From: a virus
Virus record (IMG/VR): IMGVR_UViG_3300033145_001595
Span: 1-64,000 of that record
Length of the DNA stretch: 64,000 bases
Strand: one strand, 5' to 3'
Position numbers and translations under genes: made by a program. The notes below the pieces were generated by a model. It was not told the DNA's origin. It searched no databases and was given only the letters and a program-made list of their open reading frames with translations. Shown in pieces: positions 15,100 to 23,815 of this stretch (position 1 is its first letter; every line of letters begins with the position of its first letter).

Positions 15100-15892
15100 G
15101 AAATTCTGGCTCAAGGTCTATACCAAGTTCCTGCAAATGATGAAAAACATCTGTCAACTTTTCCAAAGGAATATTAAACTTCACTTGTATCTCAGTACCA
15201 ACCGGACGGACAATCTTTGTTACGCCCCCACTACTACCAAGTCGATCAGCAATCTTAACATCTACTATAACCTTGAAATCAGCCGCTGCTTGTTCCTGTG
15301 TTTTCTTCTCTGCTTCCTTCTTTGCACAACGCTCCGCATGGTCAACACGCTGCTGAATAGACTCACGAATCTTTTCCCAATTAAACGAACCATCCTTTCG
15401 CATTGGAAAACTTTTATGATTAAAAACTCTACGCCTCCCATTTCGATAAGAACGATTATACTCAGTAACCGGCTCCAAAACGATACGCTTATTGTACGAC
15501 TCATAATGGAACCAATGATTAGCATTTGGAATATCGAAAACCTTCTCTCTTATAATTTCTATCAAAGCATCCTCAATAACAGCTTCTACTCTTCCTTTTT
15601 CCTCTACTATAGCTTCAGCATTCGCACTATCAAGTATTCGCTGCATTGCCTTATAAGAATAACCAATACGATTTTTCTGCACAATAGCATCCCGTATTAT
15701 ACCATACGACAATTCAACATCAAGAAGTTCAAAAAGATTTCTAACCACTTCATACTCACTCTCTGCCTCAACTCTATCCCCCTCAAATTCTGCAATATAA
15801 TGTTCTTCTACAATAAGAAAACCATTCCGACTTTCCGGTACATACGTAATGTCTATAGAAATACGCTGCACACCATCTGATCCCATTACCAT
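15095..15892 (-). CDS. hypothetical protein
   Basis: start moved to 15892 (AAAGGGG RBS, downstream of GTGTATAAT at 15941-15949). Confidence 0.7.
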   Translation of the reverse strand: MVMGSDGVQRISIDITYVPESRNGFLIVEEHYIAEFEGDRVEAESEYEVVRNLFELLDVELSYGIIRDAIVQKNRIGYSYKAMQRILDSANAEAIVEEKGRVEAVIEDALIEIIREKVFDIPNANHWFHYESYNKRIVLEPVTEYNRSYRNGRRRVFNHKSFPMRKDGSFNWEKIRESIQQRVDHAERCAKKEAEKKTQEQAAADFKVIVDVKIADRLGSSGGVTKIVRPVGTEIQVKFNIPLEKLTDVFHHLQELGIDLEPEFP

Positions 15893-15940
15893 AATAAAGC
15901 CCCTTTCTTTTGAGGAACCTAATCCCGCATTATCTATAGT

Positions 15941-15949
15941 ATTATACAC
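15941..15949 (-). promoter_or_regulatory. class-2 promoter motif GTGTATAAT
   Basis: TTACAA-N18-TATAAT; motif also intergenic at 8786(+), 16195(-), 16292(+), 26307(-), 28421(+) and 32658(+). Confidence 0.6.
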
Positions 15950-15974
15950 CTAACATATGTCAGTTTGTAAGCAG

Positions 15975-16018
15975 AAAAAGAAAAACCCCGTGACTTTCTC
16001 TAACTAGCCACGAGGTTT
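15975..16018 (-). terminator. intrinsic terminator
   Basis: AAACCTCGTGG...TCACGGGGTTT followed by TTCTTTTT. Confidence 0.65.
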
Positions 16019-16250
16019 CTCAACTTCATCACTCTGCTCAAAATGCAACATTTTTTAGTGTTGGGCCTACCAACTTACGTGAGTTCACATTTTCAATCCC
16101 CCTTGATTACACTCCCTTATCGATTATCCGCACTTCCATATTTCGGAAGTAATTCCTACCCCTACAAGGGGCACCCGTTCATACTCGACACTCTATTATA
16201 CACCTACCTATAACCAATTTGCCAACGAATTCCAAGAAAAACACCACACC

Positions 16251-16515
16251 AAGAATAGTAAAAATATCTATTGCATTCATATAGAGACAGCGTGTATAAT
16301 ACTCTGAACACACAAAATACACCATACATAAACAAATATAGTGCAACAATTGAAATATAAAATACGCACCTTAAATAGTAATTGTTGTATAACAATATAG
16401 TTGCAACTCAAATATAAATTATTACACAACAAGAAAAATATAAGAAATCTCACGCGCTCACTCACCCGTACGCACAATCCCATACAGAAGTAGAAGTAGA
16501 TGTAAATGTAGAACT
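16251..16515 (+). repeat. repeated non-coding element, copy C
   Basis: collinear with 8744-9050. Confidence 0.8.
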
Positions 16516-16521
16516 TTTCAA

Positions 16522-17478
16522 TCAAATATAATCAGCATCATCTATCATAGCATAAAGCGCATCCTTACCCAACGTATCAGGGTCTTGCCCAACCGGAAGT
16601 CTCAGCACCTTCACTTTTGTAAACAACACTATGTCTCTAGCAACAGAAAGACTTTTAATATATGCATCAGAATCCCAAGCAATCACAACCTCTGTCACAT
16701 CATGTGCGCAAATAACACATTTCTGAAGAAACGAAATATTAGTTCCAAATGTAGCACAAGCCTCATCCCCAATTCTCCACACATCCAATGGCCCCTCAAC
16801 AAGAATCATCCTGCCGCCGCCACTCCACTTGTCCAAACCGTACAAAATTCCACGCTTGCTTAAACTGCCCATCGTATTAACGTACCTAGACCTATCCACA
16901 CCAGCAAGAAGGCAGCGCCCCACGTAAGCCACCACGTCATTATCATCCCGTATAGGTAGGATGAGACGTTGAGACCACTTATCACCGGATAGGGGCGCAT
17001 AGCCTGCTTCATACTTCTCACACAATTCAAATGTAAACTCACGTAAAATAAGAAATTTACAAACCAAAAAAGGTATTCTATCCCCATCTATTGGTCCTTC
17101 GTAGGGCACGTACTCATTGATTTCCTCAACTTCTTGTAATGCATCAACATCCTTCTTTTTACTTAATATTTCAGTAACGGCACTTACTACATCCACGCCC
17201 TCATACCGCATTTCATCTTCAATTGCGTCCTCAAAAGCTTCCTTACTCATTCCATCCAACAACTTTGAAACAAGAATCCAAACCGGGCCTGCTTTCCCGC
17301 ATCGCCAACAAGTAAAATTACTACCAGTGTCCAAAAATATTCCTAGATGATACCCGTCCTCATCATTACACCAAGGACAGCAAACACCGATACAGCGTTG
17401 AGTTATATTTTTATGAGAATCCACCCAATCTATGCCATTTTCATCAAAGAAGGCTTTTACTCTATCTATTCTCGCCAT
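16522..17478 (-). CDS. DNA primase (Zn finger plus TOPRIM)
   Basis: CPWC...H...CWRC; RLILPI, LVEGPLD, WDSD, DPD. Confidence 0.85.
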   Translation of the reverse strand: MARIDRVKAFFDENGIDWVDSHKNITQRCIGVCCPWCNDEDGYHLGIFLDTGSNFTCWRCGKAGPVWILVSKLLDGMSKEAFEDAIEDEMRYEGVDVVSAVTEILSKKKDVDALQEVEEINEYVPYEGPIDGDRIPFLVCKFLILREFTFELCEKYEAGYAPLSGDKWSQRLILPIRDDNDVVAYVGRCLLAGVDRSRYVNTMGSLSKRGILYGLDKWSGGGRMILVEGPLDVWRIGDEACATFGTNISFLQKCVICAHDVTEVVIAWDSDAYIKSLSVARDIVLFTKVKVLRLPVGQDPDTLGKDALYAMIDDADYI

Positions 17479-17479
17479 A

Positions 17480-18229
17480 TTACCTTACCCCTCTTCTTTT
17501 TATAAGACACAAAGAATGATGATAAGCAACATTCAACCACGCAAGAAATTCATTCTCCGTCATTGCCTGTTTAGCAATATTACAATTTTTACAACATGGT
17601 ACACAATTATCTATAATATAGCCTTTAGTATTATCGCGTCGATCAACACCATTAAACAAATGCCCTAGTTTTCTTTGGTAAGGACTTTGTGGTAACATAG
17701 ATGGTTTTGCACCACAATAATAACACGACTGCTTGACCAAAGAAGCAAATTCTTCAAGTGAAATAGCAAATTCAATTTTACGCCTTTTAGCACTTCTTTT
17801 ATAACTATTCCAAATTGTGCGTTCTGCGGCAAAAACTCGTAAATGCCCACATCCACAACTTTTCGTAACACCACTTACAAGACTACAAGACCTCACACAT
17901 TTTTCATTTCCACAATCACAGCGACAAAGCCATAGAATATTTCCTCCTTTATCTTTTATTATAGATTCAGTAAGCACAACCAATTTACCAAAACGCTGTC
18001 CAGTAAGTTCTTTACGTGGGCGCCCTTTCCTAATACACCCACAACTTTTCGCAATACCACGTCGAAGACTACCGGCACACACATATTTTTCAGTTCCACA
18101 ATCACAACAACATAACCATAAAGTACTGCCGTTAACACTTTTATGTTCATCAAGCACAACCCATTTACCAAAACGTTGTCCGGTAAGGTCTATTATTTTA
18201 CGACTCATATCATTCTTTCCCATTAACAC
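17480..18229 (-). mobile_element. HNH homing endonuclease
   Basis: two LTGQRFGK...WLC.CDCG...SCGC repeats; C-terminal CYYCG...GVDRRDN.KGY...NCVPCCKNCN. Confidence 0.85.
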
Positions 18230-18932
18230 GCGACATAAGATTTTTCACAAACCGCCTACGATACCCAAGTTTCATAACTATATGCAAAAAGAAATCAAAA
18301 CCCTTCCATATCCACGGATATTTTGAACCGTAAGCAAAATGCTGAACATACGGATTTGGAATCCCCCGCCGATAGCACTCCGATATAATCAACCAATTGA
18401 TCTTACAATTAGTTTTCAATGGACTACTCCGCTTCATTGACAACACACCCATAGAAGCCAACGCATGTCGTTTTGTCAAATCAGAAGTTGAGGACTTCAA
18501 CTGCCTAAACTGCACACTACTATTTGAATCATTTTCTAATCGATTGCCCAACGTCACGCCATCCGCCTCTGTAACTCCCAACCATATATCCGTTGCTCCA
18601 ACACAACCAGCAACAACTATCAACTCATTATGAATGATCTCAGAACAAGGAACACAAAATGTTTTAATAGGATTACACCACGTACTACCCAAGGCTTGCC
18701 GGTACACACAATTAAATAATTCCACTGCTGGACTCAACACCAACAATGGAACACCCAACGCATCACAAACCATGTTAGCATTTTCCAATGCAATTGGAGA
18801 CTGATAACCAGTGTCCACAAACACACACAAAATATTAAGTTTTAACTTACAAAGAATGTAAGCTACCCAAGCACTATCCTTACCACCAGATAATCCCACT
18901 ATCGTAACCGGAGAGGCGTCTGTAGAAATCAC
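18210..18932 (-). CDS. PP-loop (N-type) ATP pyrophosphatase
   Basis: VGLSGGKDS, VFVDTG, FCVPC. Confidence 0.75.
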   Translation of the reverse strand: MISTDASPVTIVGLSGGKDSAWVAYILCKLKLNILCVFVDTGYQSPIALENANMVCDALGVPLLVLSPAVELFNCVYRQALGSTWCNPIKTFCVPCSEIIHNELIVVAGCVGATDIWLGVTEADGVTLGNRLENDSNSSVQFRQLKSSTSDLTKRHALASMGVLSMKRSSPLKTNCKINWLIISECYRRGIPNPYVQHFAYGSKYPWIWKGFDFFLHIVMKLGYRRRFVKNLMSRVNGKE

Positions 18933-18947
18933 TGTACCGATCTCCCC

Positions 18948-19292
18948 TTATTTTATACTATAATTGCCAGCCTGCCGGTCCTTCAACTCTCCCAACTTAC
19001 TCGAATTCCAACCCTTTATCTTAGCAAAATAACCAACTATGCGCGACACGTGGTCCACATCCCGCCCATTCTTAACAAATGTTATTACCTGCTTCCATTC
19101 CATATCACCCAAAACATCAGCCCGTACATGAACACACTGTTCATCAGTAGCATCATGTGGATTCGGCCAGTGCAGCCACCATCCATCATGCCCATCATAA
19201 ATACCCTCTGCCCATAAAATACCAGAATTTTCACACATACTAATCAATTCATCTTGTGTCATAAATACTTTCTCCAAAGTCCCTTTAACCAT
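18948..19292 (-). CDS. stand-alone NrdD C-terminal glycyl-radical-domain protein
   Basis: SRIVGYF...WNSSKLGELKDR; start at 19292 or 19262 because a separate small ORF occupies 19306-19431. Confidence 0.75.
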   Translation of the reverse strand: MVKGTLEKVFMTQDELISMCENSGILWAEGIYDGHDGWWLHWPNPHDATDEQCVHVRADVLGDMEWKQVITFVKNGRDVDHVSRIVGYFAKIKGWNSSKLGELKDRQAGNYSIK

Positions 19293-19305
19293 ATTTACAA
19301 TTTCA

Positions 19306-19431
19306 TTATCTTTGATTACTTCTTCGTCCCTGTCCAGTCTTTCGAGTAGTCGCACAACCCCCGCGACCTCTATTTGCTCTACGCCCCTGTCCACTCCCAT
19401 CCCGCTTCGGAACTCCCTTACGTGCTGCCAT
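19306..19431 (-). CDS. 41-aa Arg/Gly-rich microprotein (not in the ORF track)
   Basis: MAARKGVPKRDGSGQGRRANRGRGGCATTRKTGQGRRSNQR*; GAAAGGTGG RBS. Confidence 0.6.
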   Translation of the reverse strand: MAARKGVPKRDGSGQGRRANRGRGGCATTRKTGQGRRSNQR

Positions 19432-19503
19432 TACTTACCACCTTTCACTTAATTTGGTCTATTAGCTACATTCATCTTATTCTACCACAAACGATAGACC
19501 AAA

Positions 19504-19773
19504 TCACAGTCTCATACCTATCTTTCTTGATATAATATTCCGTATAAATTTACTAAACCTTACCCACAGCTTCGGACTAAAATATTCACAATCTCCTCTC
19601 AAATTCAAATCTGAACACAATAACAAATTTAAACTAAATTTACAGTAATCCCGACAATTGTACATGAAAACTGGACCCACTCCACTACACCGTCTATTCG
19701 AGTATTTACAATTTGAACATAACTTTTCTATCCTATTCATGTTCATACCTATTCTTCCAAATCCCCAATCCAT
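19504..19773 (-). CDS. Cys-rich hypothetical protein
   Basis: CSNCKY...C...NLRGDCEYF. Confidence 0.55.
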   Translation of the reverse strand: MDWGFGRIGMNMNRIEKLCSNCKYSNRRCSGVGPVFMYNCRDYCKFSLNLLLCSDLNLRGDCEYFSPKLWVRFSKFIRNIISRKIGMRL

Positions 19774-19982
19774 ACCTGTGTTCCATCTGGCAAAGTCTCC
19801 ACCGCACCACTAGCTTTCCCGACAAACCACGTATCTCCATGTAAAACTCTCAATACGTGCCCCAAATTATTATCAATAACACTCCGATATGGCAACACTT
19901 TGCGCCTACGTAATGCACGCCGTGCGTATAACAAATCTCTATAAGCCCGCATCATTCGCTTTTCAGCACGCATTCGAGTCAC
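19749..19982 (-). CDS. hypothetical protein
   Basis: packed in operon. Confidence 0.5.
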   Translation of the reverse strand: MTRMRAEKRMMRAYRDLLYARRALRRRKVLPYRSVIDNNLGHVLRVLHGDTWFVGKASGAVETLPDGTQVWIGDLEE

Positions 19983-19994
19983 CCCCTTTATAAT

Positions 19995-20258
19995 TTAACA
20001 ACACATACCCCATGTCACCTTACTCGGATGGGGCGGACCATATATTTCCGGGTTGGCATTATGAAACGCCCGACGTGTATAATAAAACTTATCATTACAA
20101 CCATCACTAGCAACCGTCATTGGCCGCACCATATCACCCAAATCATCTATTTCCAACACCCCGACCGTACAACTACCAATCCCCTCTGGCTTAAAACTTC
20201 TCCACCACCTACAGTTTGAACACCGCTTCTCTGGTATATTCATATCCGCCATATCCAT
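19995..20258 (-). CDS. Cys-rich hypothetical protein
   Basis: CSNCRWW...GSC...GC. Confidence 0.55.
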   Translation of the reverse strand: MDMADMNIPEKRCSNCRWWRSFKPEGIGSCTVGVLEIDDLGDMVRPMTVASDGCNDKFYYTRRAFHNANPEIYGPPHPSKVTWGMCC

Positions 20259-20266
20259 TTTTCACC

Positions 20267-20857
20267 TTACCCCCTTCTCCTCATAATTGTTATATAATTA
20301 CGCTTTAATATGCTAATCACCCTCATTACACAATTTGTTCCAGTATGAAGTCCAACGCACCCTCGCCACGACCATTCTTTTTTTGACCACATAGGAGTAG
20401 TAGTATCAAGCCAGATTAAAAATCCTCCAGGAGCTACAACTTTTGAAATCTCTTTTACTGCTAATCTTTTGTTAAACGAAGGTGTACCATATATTTTACG
20501 CGCCTTATCATTGTAAGGCGGATCAGCTATAACAGTATTATATCTATGAAATGGCAACAAACTACCTATATCCATCACATCACCTACAACATCAGCCTTA
20601 CGATCCGGGGATGAATCAAATGTTGTACCCCTTCCATCTATGACACCACCAGAGAAAACATGCAGCCTAGGTGTCTCAGGAAATAAAGCATAAATACGTT
20701 CAAGAAATGAATTCGGGTAAGAACCATACAACGGATTTATTCTTTTGTAATTATTGCCAATTAGCCACATCCCGTACAGTTTTTCGCCAGACACCTGCAA
20801 TGGTGGATAGTCTGGAAAAGCTCTTACATAGTTATTTGCCCTATCAATTGCACGCAT
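20267..20857 (-). CDS. putative N6-adenine methyltransferase
   Basis: LHVFSG (motif I-like) and IADPPY. Confidence 0.7.
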   Translation of the reverse strand: MRAIDRANNYVRAFPDYPPLQVSGEKLYGMWLIGNNYKRINPLYGSYPNSFLERIYALFPETPRLHVFSGGVIDGRGTTFDSSPDRKADVVGDVMDIGSLLPFHRYNTVIADPPYNDKARKIYGTPSFNKRLAVKEISKVVAPGGFLIWLDTTTPMWSKKEWSWRGCVGLHTGTNCVMRVISILKRNYITIMRRRG

Positions 20858-21521
20858 TTATTCCATGCCCCCTTCTGTAAGCAATATAAATATCATCGTA
20901 AATGCCGCCCCAATTGTTAACATGACTTTTTATTCTACTAACTTTCCATTTTTCCAACTCATGTGCAAAATTATCATCCCCACAACAACCATCCATTTCA
21001 CCTATGTACACCATCTTTCTTCCATCACAATTCTTAAACATTGTCAATACATCATAACCAAAACTCTCACTATATGGTGGCCAGGACAATAACAATGTTC
21101 TATCCGAGTAATCCGCTATCTTTTCATAACTACCCTTTTCAACTTTATGCCATGCACCAATATTCGTCATTGTACTCCATGAATAATCATCAAAGCACTT
21201 TACATCTGTACCCATCTGTTCCAAAAGATACGCCAAATAACCAGTACCAGCCCCTATTTCAATAAACGGACCATGCTGTGCTATCTCACGTACATTTTCT
21301 TTTGTGTAAATGGTATACCCATAATTCTTTACGCCTTCTTCTCTTTGCCTAAATGACGTATGCGTAGGAAGATAGAAATTAACAATAGACCTATCTCGCC
21401 CCTCTTGTTTATTAAGCTCTTCCTCACACTTACGTACAGCAGCCACAAAAAACTCAAAATAAGGATTATCGAACTTTTTTTCTTCTTCGTTCAATTTTCT
21501 TCTCCGGCTCCAAAGGACCAA
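20844..21521 (-). CDS. class I SAM-dependent methyltransferase (WPPY variant)
   Basis: IEIGAGTGY; LLSWPPY; YIGE. Confidence 0.7.
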   Translation of the reverse strand: MVLWSRRRKLNEEEKKFDNPYFEFFVAAVRKCEEELNKQEGRDRSIVNFYLPTHTSFRQREEGVKNYGYTIYTKENVREIAQHGPFIEIGAGTGYLAYLLEQMGTDVKCFDDYSWSTMTNIGAWHKVEKGSYEKIADYSDRTLLLSWPPYSESFGYDVLTMFKNCDGRKMVYIGEMDGCCGDDNFAHELEKWKVSRIKSHVNNWGGIYDDIYIAYRRGHGINACN

Positions 21522-22320
21522 AAATATAACTCATAATATACTCTTCATTTATTTCATAACCTATACTATTTCTACCCAAATCCGAAGCAGCCTGCATTGT
21601 AATACAACTACCGGCAAATGGGTCCAAAACAAGTTCTCCAACAAAACTATACATCTTTATTAACCTATGAGGAATTTCCAATGGAAATGCTGCCGGATGA
21701 ATTGATTGTCTCTGACCGGGTATCTTCCACATTCCTCTAAACCACTCGCTACGCTGCTTCTTAGTTAATATACTGTTATCCACAACCAATTTGTCAGTAG
21801 GTTTCCGCCATTTCCCAGGTTTTCTAAAAAGCAAAATATATTCATGCTCATACGTAACATGCCCGTCTTTTGGATAATAAGTGGACCCCATCCACGAACC
21901 ACCACCAGTTGTTTTTGTAGTAGATATTTTATTCCATATAATATTGCCCATGAACAAAAAATTTGTTGATCTACAAATACCACAAATAACATCGGCATGT
22001 ATTGGAACGACCTGATACTTCCCAAATACAGACGCCCTCAAAAACTGATCCCCAATAACAATTGCCATACGACATCCAGGTTTAAGGACTCGCTCGCACT
22101 CCATAAACACTTTAGTTAATGCAATTAAATACTCCTCATACGTCTGCCCACTACCTATTTGATGCCTTACCCCATAATCTTTTATTGTCCAATAAGGCGG
22201 CGAAGTCACAACCAAGTCTATTTGCTCATCCCCGATTTCAGGCATACTACGGGAATCACCAAATATAACCTTAATATGATTGCCCTTTATTTCACTTTTT
22301 AATTTTACCCTATTTATCAT
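21466..22320 (-). CDS. beta-class N4-cytosine/N6-adenine DNA methyltransferase
   Basis: VTSPPY, HPAAFP, VLDPFAGS, IGYEI. Confidence 0.9.
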   Translation of the reverse strand: MINRVKLKSEIKGNHIKVIFGDSRSMPEIGDEQIDLVVTSPPYWTIKDYGVRHQIGSGQTYEEYLIALTKVFMECERVLKPGCRMAIVIGDQFLRASVFGKYQVVPIHADVICGICRSTNFLFMGNIIWNKISTTKTTGGGSWMGSTYYPKDGHVTYEHEYILLFRKPGKWRKPTDKLVVDNSILTKKQRSEWFRGMWKIPGQRQSIHPAAFPLEIPHRLIKMYSFVGELVLDPFAGSCITMQAASDLGRNSIGYEINEEYIMSYIFGPLEPEKKIERRRKKVR

Positions 22321-23815
22321 CTTTAAGATTATTACCTCTCACATAATCAAGAACTACTTGAGCTATTTGTTTTTTACTCCCAAGAGCCTGCATAATACGA
22401 TAATCAATTGAATCATTTTCATCATTACCAACTAACAAATCAAAATACACACACTTACGAGTTTGACCGGCACGGTAAATGCGCCCCTCAGATTGCTCTC
22501 TGTGGATCATGTTAAAAGAATTTGAATAGTACACAATAGTTGACGCAAACTGTAAGTTAATACCCTCTCCCCCACATGCAGGATGGGCTACAAGAACACG
22601 TACATTTTTATCTTCTCTAAACTCCCGAATCTGTGCTGGTTTATTTTTTACTTCACTACGCACAGACTTAAAAGGAACTTTTAAGCGCCTCAACATTCCC
22701 TCAATCATACGACCCTCTTCAACAAATTGATGATAAATTATAAACTTACCATCTATTTCATCAATCAACTTTTCAAGTGCCCGTAACTTCGGATTGGAAT
22801 TGAGCCTCTTTGTTACACCATCAACAATCAAAAACCCACCCGTTACTTGAGCAAGTTTTATACATAAAGTCATAAGGGCAGCTTGATTTTTTCCTGACTC
22901 TACCTCATCACGAGCTTTATCTATTAATTCATCCGTTAACTTTGCTTGTTCAGTTGTCATTCTAATATTTAAAGTCTCATAAGTCCGCTCTGGTAAATCA
23001 AAACAATCCTGTCTTTCATAACGAATAGTTTTATCAGAAACTCTACTCAATATTTTCTCTAATGATCCCTTTCTCAACACCCAATCAAACCCACGTTTCT
23101 TAAAATATGTGTTTACATACGCCCAATAGTTCGTTCCGAGAGTTGCACCGTTGTCTAGCACGCTAAACTCTGCCCACAAGTCCCTCTGGTCACGTGTAAG
23201 AGGAGTTCCGGTCATAACTATGGCATAACGAGCATGTTTCCCCAAAGCCCGGCACAGCAGCGTTACGAGCGCCTTAGGATTTTTACATCTATGTACCTCA
23301 TCTACAACAATACAATCGTACATAGAAGAAAGTACGGCAAAATCATCCACAACAGTTTTGTTTACTTTCCGCCTCACACCCTTTTCAATCACAAGTTTTT
23401 GAACCTTCTTACCCCACAACGTTTGCAACCCCTCATAATTTATAATATGAAGTGGAGTATCCATATTCTGCTTCAACAACCGCTGTGCCTTAGTACCTGT
23501 CAACAAAGAATATTTAAAATCTGTATGTTCCTCTATTTGTTCTTTCCACGAATCTATTACAGGATTCGGACACACAACAAGAACATTCTTACACCCCCAT
23601 ATAGTCAATGCTGTATACAAAGCAAGCCACGTTTTACCAGTGCCCACGTCCAACCAATAAGCAACTTTTTCCTTATCTACACTCCAAACAAGACAACGAG
23701 CCTGATGCTCCATAGGTGAGGACAAAAAAGAAAATGGCTGTAACACATAATCAATAACCGCAGCATCCGCTGCTTTTATTGCTGCACTACTAACCATGTC
23801 ATCACTCACTCCCAA
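22310..23815 (-). CDS. SNF2-family helicase
   Basis: DVGTGKT, VDEVH, MTGTP, GEGINLQ, QSEGRIYRAGQ. Confidence 0.9.
   Translation of the reverse strand: MGVSDDMVSSAAIKAADAAVIDYVLQPFSFLSSPMEHQARCLVWSVDKEKVAYWLDVGTGKTWLALYTALTIWGCKNVLVVCPNPVIDSWKEQIEEHTDFKYSLLTGTKAQRLLKQNMDTPLHIINYEGLQTLWGKKVQKLVIEKGVRRKVNKTVVDDFAVLSSMYDCIVVDEVHRCKNPKALVTLLCRALGKHARYAIVMTGTPLTRDQRDLWAEFSVLDNGATLGTNYWAYVNTYFKKRGFDWVLRKGSLEKILSRVSDKTIRYERQDCFDLPERTYETLNIRMTTEQAKLTDELIDKARDEVESGKNQAALMTLCIKLAQVTGGFLIVDGVTKRLNSNPKLRALEKLIDEIDGKFIIYHQFVEEGRMIEGMLRRLKVPFKSVRSEVKNKPAQIREFREDKNVRVLVAHPACGGEGINLQFASTIVYYSNSFNMIHREQSEGRIYRAGQTRKCVYFDLLVGNDENDSIDYRIMQALGSKKQIAQVVLDYVRGNNLKDDK

Noticed and set aside
422-15880. Family of + strand ORFs starting MPALYHTTG (422, 4381, 6399, 15062)
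   Set aside because: Artefact of translating the reverse complement of the promoter repeat; antisense to real genes
18948-19400. Complete anaerobic ribonucleotide reductase (nrdD)
   Set aside because: Far too short; only the C-terminal radical motif is present
20075-20083. Extra GTGTATAAT motif
   Set aside because: Intragenic and antisense with no downstream gene; probably chance
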